A stretch of 63,010 nt of DNA, the filler included, from Octopus bimaculoides (lineage: Eukaryota), in NCBI RefSeq assembly GCF_001194135.2. It is 6 parts of 6 records of this genome, joined end to end, with 100 filler letters (N's around TTAATTAATTAA, not from the genome) between each part and the next. Parts side by side here need not be neighbours in the genome. Positions count along the whole stretch, not along the records: positions 43,931 to 56,528 come from NC_068982.1; positions 56,629 to 63,010 come from NW_026389098.1; 4 more parts are not named here. One strand, given 5' to 3'. The notes under the pieces were generated by a model. The model had not been told where the DNA came from. It did not search any database and saw only the letters and a program-made list of their open reading frames with translations. The translations under genes were made by a program, and so were the position numbers. Below, in pieces: positions 52,950 to 63,010 of this stretch. Position 1 is the stretch's first letter. Each line of letters opens with the position of its first letter.

Positions 52950-53131
52950 TATATGTGTGTGTGTGTATGGTTGTGTGTGTGCGTGTGTGTGTGCGTGTGT
53001 GTGCGTGTGTGTGTGTATATATACGTATGTATATGTAAGTATATATATATATGTATATATATGCATGTATATATATATATTTATATGCATATAGATATAT
53101 ATGTATATATATATGCATATGTATATATATA

Positions 53132-53197
<66 letters not shown>

Positions 53198-54812
53198 NNN
53201 NNNNNNNNNNNNNNNNNNNNNNNNNNNNNNNNNNNNNNNNNNNNNNNNNNNNNNNNNNNNNNNNNNNNNNNNNNNNNNNNNNNNNNNNNNNNNNNNNNNN
53301 NNNNNNNNNNNNNNNNNNNNNNNNNNNNNNNNNNNNNNNNNNNNNNNNNNNNNNNNNNNNNNNNNNNNNNNNNNNNNNNNNNNNNNNNNNNNNNNNNNNN
53401 NNNNNNNNNNNNNNNNNNNNNNNNNNNNNNNNNNNNNNNNNNNNNNNNNNNNNNNNNNNNNNNNNNNNNNNNNNNNNNNNNNNNNNNNNNNNNNNNNNNN
53501 NNNNNNNNNNNNNNNNNNNNNNNNNNNNNNNNNNNNNNNNNNNNNNNNNNNNNNNNNNNNNNNNNNNNNNNNNNNNNNNNNNNNNNNNNNNNNNNNNNNN
53601 NNNNNNNNNNNNNNNNNNNNNNNNNNNNNNNNNNNNNNNNNNATATATATATTAAATGGCGTGTTAAGGCACTTGGTCTTTCCAATCATTTCAAAATAGC
53701 TTGTGACGAGCTAATGATAGGTTTTGATGCCATTCAGTTGTTGATACAATGACGGATATGAACGCACTGGCTTTCAATCACATGAGAGCCAGCAGACGAA
53801 ATAATTAAATCTTTCGTTAGCGAAATTAAAAGCAGTTTAAACTACCATATACATATAAATACACACATACACGCACACACATACAAATATATATATATAG
53901 ATGCTGATGCATTCATATTTACACACAAATGAATTAATGTATTTCAATGTTTTCTTATAGTGATGCACACAATCATAAGTATACACCCACATGCATACAA
54001 ACACTGATATATATGATACCAGACATCCATGCTCACTTACATATCTTCATAGATGTAGAAATACATACATATACGAATTTGATTACAACAAATATGGGCG
54101 ATTATTCTGGACATAAAGTATAAGTTATTAATTTGTTGATCTGGAGCAGAATGTCTTTGATATCGTTATTCCAGCGTTAGTGTCCTGCTAAGTTAGTGTG
54201 TCTTACCTCTTTGAAGATAATAACTTGAGAACTAGGATTACCGAGAAAATAAATGTAACTGCGTAAAAAAAAACATACATTTGTTGCTATATATATATAT
54301 GTATACACACACACCATACGCATATGGGCACTCATACATAAATATAAATGTTCGTTTGACGTGGTTGCATTTACGTTTTACTGCATCGGTATGTACATAT
54401 ATGTATGGATATATGCATATAACTATATATGTTATATATATATATANNNNNNNNNNNNNNNNNNNNNNNNNNNNNNNNNNNNNNNNNNNNNNNNNNNNNN
54501 NNNNNNNNNNNNNNNNNNNNNNNNNNNNNNNNNNNNNNNNNNNNNNNNNNNNNNNNNNNNNNNNNNNNNNNNNNNNNNNNNNNNNNNNNNNNNNNNNNNN
54601 NNNNNNNNNNNNNNNNNNNNNNNNNNNNNNNNNNNNNNNNNNNNNNNNNNNNNNNNNNNNNNNNNNNNNNNNNNNNNNNNNNNNNNNNNNNNNNNNNNNN
54701 NNNNNNNNNNNNNNNNNNNNNNNNNNNNNNNNNNNNNNNNNNNNNNNNNNNNNNNNNNNNNNNNNNNNNNNNNNNNNNNNNNNNNNNNNNNNNNNNNNNN
54801 NNNNNNNNNNNN

Positions 54813-54853
<41 letters not shown>

Positions 54854-56485
54854 CGTAGGGAATTGTGTATTTTTGTTTAACATATATATGTGTATGTGTA
54901 ATTATAGGTATATTTGCATTTTTTATGATTATCTGCTTATGAATATTTATATGCATATATAGATCCATGATTTACTAGATACCGAGCATCACGCTATATA
55001 GTGCCTCATTTATTCTATTCTGATGACAGTTATCCTACGCCATAAAAATATAAACTTGAATGTTCTAACTTCGTGTCTGGTGAAATTAATTGATATAGTG
55101 TAATGACATCTATTAGTGGAATATGTTCTTGATTAATTACAAGTACAGTCAATATCATTCTAATACATTTTCTCTGACATGTATCACCCAAAACATCTTC
55201 ATAAATACTTGAACGTGAGAAATAAATATGGTTCACTATTATTTCAAAGCTTTTACAAATTGTACAAATTCTGAGTAGAGTTTCGAAAAGGGAGAAGAAA
55301 AACAACCAAAAGAAAATTATGAAAAATATAAAGGAATTATCGAACATATTATGGAAACCAGGTTCGTTGGTTTGTTCTGTCAATACAGGTTATTCTCGGA
55401 ATAAATTTATATAAAGTTTCGATAACCGATTTTAGTTTGAAAATTGTAATTAATGTTTGCAACGATAAACTATAATAAAAATTTAAAATACATAACGAAC
55501 ACTAAAACTTTTCTAATAAAAGTCATGTAAATTTATTTCCCCCCGCTAAACTTTTGGCAAGATTGGCAGAGGTTAAATGTATTATTTATTGGTCATTTAA
55601 TGTTGAGTCAAAACTAATACACGAAGTGTTCATTTTATGCATATTTTGTACTTTGTTCTTTTCGTCTCCTGGGTCCTATAAAATGTGTTCTACACTGAAA
55701 TGGCTCACACACAGTAGAAATCTCTGTCAAGAAATTAAAAAATTCATGATTCTCCTAAATTTCACGTAAGTTGACGCAATAGGTTATTTTTGATTCGTTA
55801 ATTAATAAAGCAACAATTTTTGGTTTTGAAAACAGTAACAATACACGGTCTAGAAGTTCAGGATCAGTGAAATTAAGATATCTTTTAACGAAGAAATATC
55901 AAAATTATAATCTCCACGATATAACATAAAGCGGGTTTTAAAATAACTATTTCATATATAAGCAAAACTTATCTTACATACATGAGCAAAGATTGACAAA
56001 TTTACAATTACTTGCTCGTTTCTTGGGAGGCATGAAGAATACACAAATTTAAGAGAAAACAAAGACCGAAATGATACAACCAAGAATCTGAATTTCAGTT
56101 CCATTCTCAAAACCTGGTGATTAAAATTTGTCGTACAGTAAACATCTCTCTACGGAAATATACTTAAAAAAGTGATATAGTGTAAAATTGCTAGGTATCA
56201 ACAGAATTAAAACCATAGACTAAGAGAGAAAGTAGCGCTACTATGTATGTATGCTAATATGTGTATATATATGCATGCGTGCATATATGTGTCTATATAT
56301 ATATGTATACATATGTATATGTATGCAAGCCTATATATAAATGTATATGTATATATATGTATATGTCTATATATATGTATACAAGTATATATATGTATGT
56401 GCATGTAGATGTATATATATGTATGCACGTATGTATGTATGTACGTATGTATGTATGTATATACATATGTACATATATATGTATA

Positions 56486-56528
<43 letters not shown>

Positions 56529-56969
56529 NNNNNNNNNNNNNNNNNNNNNNNNNNNNNNNNNNNNNNNNNNNNTTAATTAATTAANNNNNNNNNNNNNNNN
56601 NNNNNNNNNNNNNNNNNNNNNNNNNNNNTTTTTGTCCGGCGTACTAACGATTCTGCCAGCTCACCGCCTTGAAATAAGCTGAATAATGTCATACGTGTAT
56701 GTATGTATGTATGTATGTATGTATGTATGTATGTATGTATGTATGTATGTATGTATGCATGTTTGTATCTAATGGCTTAGCGTAGCTCAAACTTCATTAT
56801 CCAATGTGTTCGTCATTTATTTTTCAGACAGTTGGATGCGGGAGCCTAGGCTGCTATTTCTAGCATGTGTAGTGACCACATAAAGGCAGTCTCATGTTTC
56901 TTAATGAGGTGTTAAGTATTTTGTGTATAACTGTATATCCACACACAGGCACGCACGGGCGCGTATGTA

Positions 56970-57020
<51 letters not shown>

Positions 57021-57083
57021 TATGTTTGGTTTGTACGAATTATGTCAGCACGTGCGTAAGTGTAATGGTACATGTGTGTGAGA

Positions 57084-57087
<4 letters not shown>

Positions 57088-57175
<88 letters not shown>

Positions 57176-57220
57176 CTGTGTGTGTGCGTGTCTGTGTATG
57201 TGTGTGTGTGTGTGTATGTC
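57088..57220. repeat. (GT)n microsatellite
   Basis: Direct reading. Confidence 0.97.
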
Positions 57221-57549
57221 TGTGCCTCCGTATAGTAATGGTATGTAATGCTATGTATCTATACGCAAGGAGCGTAGTCTTTCTAATGTCTGGGTGACCT
57301 AGGGGAACGTATGCGATATATGTCAGCAGTTTTCTGACAGATATCAGTTAACCCTCCAATCGTAACTGCACCCCCGCCTGCCCCGAATCTTTTTGCCCTC
57401 CCATCCGCTACTCTACCAATAAGAAAACAGAGTAGATTTTGTGTATAGACATAGATACATATATGTATGTATATATATATATATATATATACATATATAT
57501 AATGTATCCTCGTGGGCATCGGTACCATTTTCCTCTTTCTCTGTTCTTC

Positions 57550-57686
57550 CATTCTCCGAACTTTCCATCTTTCCGACGAAGGGCTACGCCCGAAACGTCA
57601 TGCACTCTCTCTTTCCTTTCCTGAGCGTCCAATAATACTATCCACATCACGTCCTCACTTTGTTGTTTTTTTGTTTTTTTGTTATT
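57550..57686 (+). repeat. Short repeat with hammerhead-like motif (57573-57600); near-identical inverted copy at 58811-58947
   Basis: CCGACGA-A-GGGC-tac-GCCC-GAAAC-GTC in both copies. The flanking tcctgagcgtccaataatac is related to the 42.4-kb unit. Confidence 0.7.
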
Positions 57687-58327
57687 GTTTTTTTTAACTN
57701 NNNNNNNNNNNNNNNNNNNNNNNNNNNNNNNNNNNNNNNNNNNNNNNNNNNNNNNNNNNNNNNNNNNNNNNNNNNNNNNNNNNNNNNNNNNNNNNNNNNN
57801 NNNNNNNNNNNNNNNNNNNNNNNNNNNNNNNNNNNNNNNNNNNNNNNNNNNNNNNNNNNNNNNNNNNNNNNNNNNNNNNNNNNNNNNNNNNNNNNNNNNN
57901 NNNNNNNNNNNNNNNNNNNNNNNNNNNNNNNNNNNNNNNNNNNNNNNNNNNNNNNNNNNNNNNNNNNNNNNNNNNNNNNNNNNNNNNNNNNNNNNNNNNN
58001 NNNNNNNNNNNNNNNNNNNNNNNNNNNNNNNNNNNNNNNNNNNNNNNNNNNNNNNNNNNNNNNNNNNNNNNNNNNNNNNNNNNNNNNNNNNNNNNNNNNN
58101 NNNNNNNNNNNNNNNNNNNNNNNNNNNNNNNNNNNNNNNNNNNNNNNNNNNNNNNNNNNNNNNNNNNNNNNNNNNNNNNNNNNNNNNNNNNNNNNNNNNN
58201 NNNNNNNNNNNNNNNNNNNNNNNNNNNNNNNNNNNNNNNNNNNNNNNNNNNNNNNNNNNNNNNNNNNNNNNNNNNNNNNNNNNNNNNNNNNNNNNNNNNN
58301 NNNNNNNNNNNNNNNNNNNNNNNNNNN

Positions 58328-58349
<22 letters not shown>

Positions 58350-58365
<16 letters not shown>

Positions 58366-58745
58366 ACTGTCTTGCTGGCATTTTCACCAATGCTAAGTGA
58401 AACATCATTCCCCGCTTGTGATTATGTCGAATTTATAGAGCGTATGTTAAATATCAATAACAAAAATTCAGAAAATGTACCTATTACCAAAGATAATACT
58501 GAATTGAACAAATCTATAGCGAATTTATGTTGAATACCATTGCTTGGATGTGCCTCTCATAAATTCAATCAAGCTGTTTCTGCCTATCTCGACAAGCAAG
58601 AATTTCTGCTTGATAAGATTAATACGTTGATGGGCAAGCTAAATTTATTAAAACTTGCGGGTAAACTTCGGGAAAAAATGTCTTTGCAACCTATACAAAG
58701 AAATAAAACCCGTTGGTCCAGTAGTTATGACCTGATTGAGAGGTC
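58350..58745 (+). mobile_element. hAT-superfamily transposase fragment
   Basis: DNTELNKSIANLC*IPLLGCASHKFNQAV...PIQRNKTRWSSSYDLIER, containing the hAT CxxH and TRW motifs. Confidence 0.8.
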
Positions 58746-58949
58746 GTTATTGTTGTTGTTGGCACTCCGTCGCTTACGACGTCGTGGGTTCCAGTTGATC
58801 CGATCAACGGAATAACAAAAAAACAAAAAAACAACAAAGTGAGGACGTGATATGGATAGTATTATTGGACGCTCAGGAAAGGAAAGAGAGAGTGTATGAC
58901 GTTTCGGGCGTAGCCCTTCGTCGGAAAGATGGAAAGTTCGGAGAATGCA

Positions 58950-60350
58950 AAGGTGGTAAAAAAATTCTATCACTTTTCACAAGTGGTTTGTGCATGATGT
59001 GTTTTCCTTGCTCAATTTCATCTCGGATCGGCCAATCCTTGTGTACAATGTTCAGCTCTTGCTCTGGAATTCTATAAGCACAGGAAGCAGCAAAATTTAG
59101 CATAGCCAAGCTGAAGGCCAGTAAGCATGGCCACAACCTTAAAATCTGTACAAATATGCCAGGCATGGTCATAATACTGTGTGCTTGTTAGAATTGCTTT
59201 CAGATTTTCATATGATTCTTTCATGGTTGTGCTATAAGCTATGGGGACAGAAGGCAGAGTGTTACCATTGTGTAGCAGTTCAGCTTTGATGTTGTCCTTG
59301 GATGCATCTATGAAATGTCGCCAGTTGGTTTTATCATATGGTATTTCCAGTTGCTCAAAAAGTTCAGTGATGTCATCCTTCATGATGCATTCCTTCATGG
59401 TGAATAATGCAAGCAGATCCTCTGTATGTTTTTTGTACAGTGTTATCTTCACTCCTTTCTCAAGAAAATTACGGTTTGAAGCTTTGATGCTAGAAACTCA
59501 CTTTTCTCTTTGGTTAAATAGAGATCCTTGAACAAGTCATTTAGAGCCTTTTGAGAAAATAGTATTGGTTTATTCTCGCTTTCTGGATCATTGGGCTCCA
59601 CACCTTCACCACTGGAATGTTCATCAGCAGTGCTGGAACGCTGCATTTCTTGATCTGGAGATTTGGGCACAGGTGAATTTTCTGAGTGCTCTACTGGGCG
59701 CATTGCTGATTGTAAATTTGGGTAAACAGTGTGTTTCTTTTTCTTTGCTGTAGTACAGCCTGTAAAGTCATGGTGATAGAAATAGCCATCATTAGAGTGA
59801 TCTTTCTGCTCACGCCAAATCCTTGGCACACCAAACTTCATGTGAACATTTTTTCCTGCATACCAGGCACTCAATGTCTTCACACATGTAAGGCAACACA
59901 CATGAGGAGCCTATTACTTATCCTGGTCTCCTAAGTAACAATCGAAGTACGCCTTGTATATTTTCTTGATATGGCGTGTAATACTGCGCTTTTCTTTAGC
60001 AAAAGTCAATTCCCCACAGAAAAAAAAGAATCTGTTTGGATCATTTTTGCAATGTCTTGCACTCATTGTTGAAAACAAATAAGATCTGAAAGATAAAAAA
60101 TAACATTAAACACAAGCTTTGAATCACATTGTAGGTGTTACTAAGACTGGTCTCTAGCCCTGGGTTAAAACCCATTTTACAATGCGGTAGAGAATTTTAT
60201 TTAATAATAATGACAAAAAGGGTATACAGTGACAATTCTGTAGAAACCATGCCTAATTCAACAAAAAGAAGGCCAAAAATGGATTTCCCATGTCATTTTG
60301 CATATAAAAATGGCCACATATCTCTTGTACTTATTTCAGTGTTGCACAGT
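58950..60350 (-). mobile_element. Chapaev3-like (CMC) DNA transposon, 5' part with frameshifted transposase
   Basis: MSARHCKNDPNRFFFCGE...YFDCYLGDQDK*APHVCCLTC...VPRIWREQKDHSND...YPNLQSAMRPVEH...LLHNGN...SVPIAYS...KESYEN...ICTDFKVVAMLTGLQLGY...CCFLC...DWPIR...KPLV...IFLPPLH. Confidence 0.8.
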
Positions 60351-60744
60351 TTCGGCAATACTTAACACCAATGAATTTAGAGATGCAGTTATTTCTAATA
60401 GTCAATCGCGCTTTCTGGGATGAAGACCTAGTTTCAGAAATCTGCAATCGTTAATGAACTTTTGCTATATTAGAACATTTTAATTGTGCTACTCGTTTGA
60501 GAAACTCTTTCAATTAAAGGCCTTCAATTTATTTGTTTTTCAACTACTGTACAGTGTAGTGTATACATGTTGTTTGTTCCCTATTCTAAATCAATAAAAT
60601 TGAACTTTGAACGTTTTCTGATAATGAAGTTTTTGAAACTATAAGACGTGTTTTTATTTTCCTATTGCCTTGGCTCTTATCTAAATCGAAGCTAACACTC
60701 CAAAATGTATGGTGCTTTTACGTTCGACAAAATAATTGGCAATT

Positions 60745-60814
60745 GGCCGCGTACCGGAAGCTGATGGCTCGCGGACCGGCACCGGTCCGCAGACCACCAC
60801 TTTAAGCAGCACTG
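60745..60814 (-). mobile_element. Terminal fragment of a hAT/Charlie-like non-autonomous element
   Basis: The minus strand begins CAGTG...aaagtggtggtctgcggaccggtgccggtccgcg, with the perfect hairpin gcggaccgg-ca-ccggtccgc. Confidence 0.45.
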
Positions 60815-60894
60815 ATGTAGATTACGATTATATCGGAATTTTATGTAGAAACAAAAAAAATAATAAAATAAAAACGGTGGGCGTGCATATATAC

Positions 60895-61214
60895 TGCCAG
60901 TCCGTCGCTTACGACTTCGAGTGTTCCACTTGATCCGATCAATGGAACAGCCTGCTCGTGGAATTAACGTGCAAGTGGCTGAGCACTCCACAGACACGCG
61001 TATCCTTAACATAGTTCCCAGGAAGAGTCAGCGTGACAAATAATGTGACGTGACTGGCCCTTTAAAATACAGTTACAACTCATTTTTTTGCCAGTTGAGT
61101 GGAACGGAGCAACGTGAAATAAAGTGTCTTGCTCAAGGACACAACGCGCCACTGAGTATCGAACTCACGACCTTGCGATCGTGAGCCGAATACCCTAACC
61201 ACTAAGCTACGTGC
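60895..61214 (-). mobile_element. tRNA-derived SINE family C; partial copies ~40390-40500 (-) and tail at ~58748-58810 (-)
   Basis: A box TAGCTTAGTGG, B box GAGTTCGATAC, central ttgtgtccttgagcaagacac, tail gatcggatcaa.tggaac...gtcgtaagcgacgga. Confidence 0.82.
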
Positions 61215-63010
61215 ATATTTACATAGTGACACAGATCACAATGGNNNNNNNNNNNNNNNNNNNNNNNNNNNNNNNNNNNNNNNNNNNNNNNNNNNNNNNN
61301 NNNNNNNNNNNNNNNNNNNNNNNNNNNNNNNNNNNNNNNNNNNNNNNNNNNNNNNNNNNNNNNNNNNNNNNNNNNNNNNNNNNNNNNNNNNNNNNNNNNN
61401 NNNNNNNNNNNNNNNNNNNNNNNNNNNNNNNNNNNNNNNNNNNNNNNNNNNNNNNNNNNNNNNNNNNNNNNNNNNNNNNNNNNNNNNNNNNNNNNNNNNN
61501 NNNNNNNNNNNNNNNNNNNNNNNNNNNNNNNNNNNNNNNNNNNNNNNNNNNNNNNNNNNNNNNNNNNNNNNNNNNNNNNNNNNNNNNNNNNNNNNNNNNN
61601 NNNNNNNNNNNNNNNNNNNNNNNNNNNNNNNNNNNNNNNNNNNNNNNNNNNNNNNNNNNNNNNNNNNNNNNNNNNNNNNNNNNNNNNNNNNNNNNNNNNN
61701 NNNNNNNNNNNNNNNNNNNNNNNNNNNNNNNNNNNNNNNNNNNNNNNNNNNNNNNNNNNNNNNNNNNNNNNNNNNNNNNNNNNNNNNNNNNNNNNNNNNN
61801 NNNNNNNNNNNNNNNNNNNNNNNNNNNNNGGAAGTCCTTTACGCGGTCGTTCAACTAGTCAGAAATAAATGAGCTCGGGTGTAAATGAGGGGTGTATGTG
61901 GAACAAGTGCACCTCATAAAATTCGGGGTGGGTGCAAAAGCAAAATTTGCGCTTCCACTGCGTAATAGGTGATCTGTGAAAAGTAGCTTTTAAGTTAGGT
62001 TTCTTCTCAAAGAACAAAGAACAAAAATAAATTAATAAAAAAAAACAATAAAACCGTGATTGTAAACAATTTTGGACCTGGATTTGCACCCCGTAAGCAA
62101 ATTTCGTTTCCGAACCTCTGTGAAAATAGCAGTCAAATTACCCTCCATTTATAACCTGTCATCTTTACAAAAAAAATAAGGGAATGCATTGGACAATGTC
62201 ATAGATATACTACTAAAAGACGGTAATTCCAAGATTGAAATACTTTTGATCGTAAGTATGTTTCTTGAGGTTTGACCTAGGGCTAAATAACAACCACAAC
62301 CAGTGTCATCACCACCATCCTGATTAACCAGCAGAGAATATCACGTCACCACCACACCCACTAAAAACGATAATAGCTTCATCCCCTTATCATCATCACC
62401 ACCACCACCACCACCACTATGACATAAAACAAATGTCATCACCACCACCATAACTATTAGAGATACGAACGTTTTTTTACTACCACCACTATTATTACTA
62501 TCACCACCACTACTATCACCACAACCGCCACCACAGCAACTGTAACTAACGATGTGGAAAAAAAAAAGAACAAAACGTTATCGTCACCTCCATAACAGCT
62601 TTTAGCGATATGAATGTCACCACCATCATCATAACCATGAAATAAAATGTCACACCACCGTCAAAAATAAAAAACGAACGCCATCATTACAACCACAATC
62701 CAACATTCATCGTCAGTGTAGCTATCATAACCTTCGTGAAAATAAACACACATCAGAGAAAAGAGGGCCGTAAAAACACTATGGAGATACCCGGCACCAC
62801 TGCCGTTCCCATTAACAACACCTATTATCAGAATAGCTACTGATCTTTTTAACCGCCGCCACGCACTGCAGCCACCATCGTCAATGCCACCACCACCATC
62901 ACCACCACCACCACCATCACCACCACCACCACCCGTTCGGCAAATATAGTAACATCTTCCACCTAAAAACAACGCACAGTAATAGACATCACACATACAG
63001 AAACACACAC

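Noticed and set aside
55030-55383. 117-aa minus-strand ORF in AT-rich DNA
   Set aside because: There is no recognisable domain or donor site, and the N-terminal part is low-complexity F/I. It could be chance.
40358-58533. Many long ORFs (150-360 aa) in the track
   Set aside because: They are made of N-gaps and TA/CA/TATG microsatellites (YIYI, HTHT, CVCV) and have no coding signal.

Overview
Eukaryotic, AT-rich, microsatellite-dense animal genomic DNA from a gapped draft assembly. The repeat families look like octopod cephalopod (Octopus-like) SINEs; this is inference from family recognition, not a database result. Five 100-bp N44-TTAATTAATTAA-N44 linkers join segments that may not be truly contiguous. 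Most of the window is decayed transposable elements: a Tx1/L1-like 3' fragment, RTE LINEs (one near full length, two 3' ends, one with three C2H2 fingers), three R4/Dong-type RLE retroelements, a CR1/L2-group 3' end, Penelope-like elements (PLEs), a Helitron 3' end, mariner, hAT and Chapaev3-like transposase remnants, foldback MITE-like elements and several SINE families. The only convincing host-gene sequence is an intact 120-bp phase 1-1 calcium-binding EGF exon on the minus strand (24570-24689). A decayed sister exon lies at 37871-37988, and both sit in a visibly CpG-depleted segment (about 15.95-38.3 kb). Most long ORFs in the supplied track are artefacts of N-gaps or microsatellites. The most notable items are: (i) a tRNA-headed, Pol III-compatible short element carrying a hammerhead-ribozyme motif (14151-14456); (ii) a well-formed type I hammerhead with a long stem II 3' of a PLE (5304-5397); (iii) that PLE's GIY-YIG nuclease split by an ~190-aa T/D/N-rich repeat insert; and (iv) further hammerhead-like units with variant cores.
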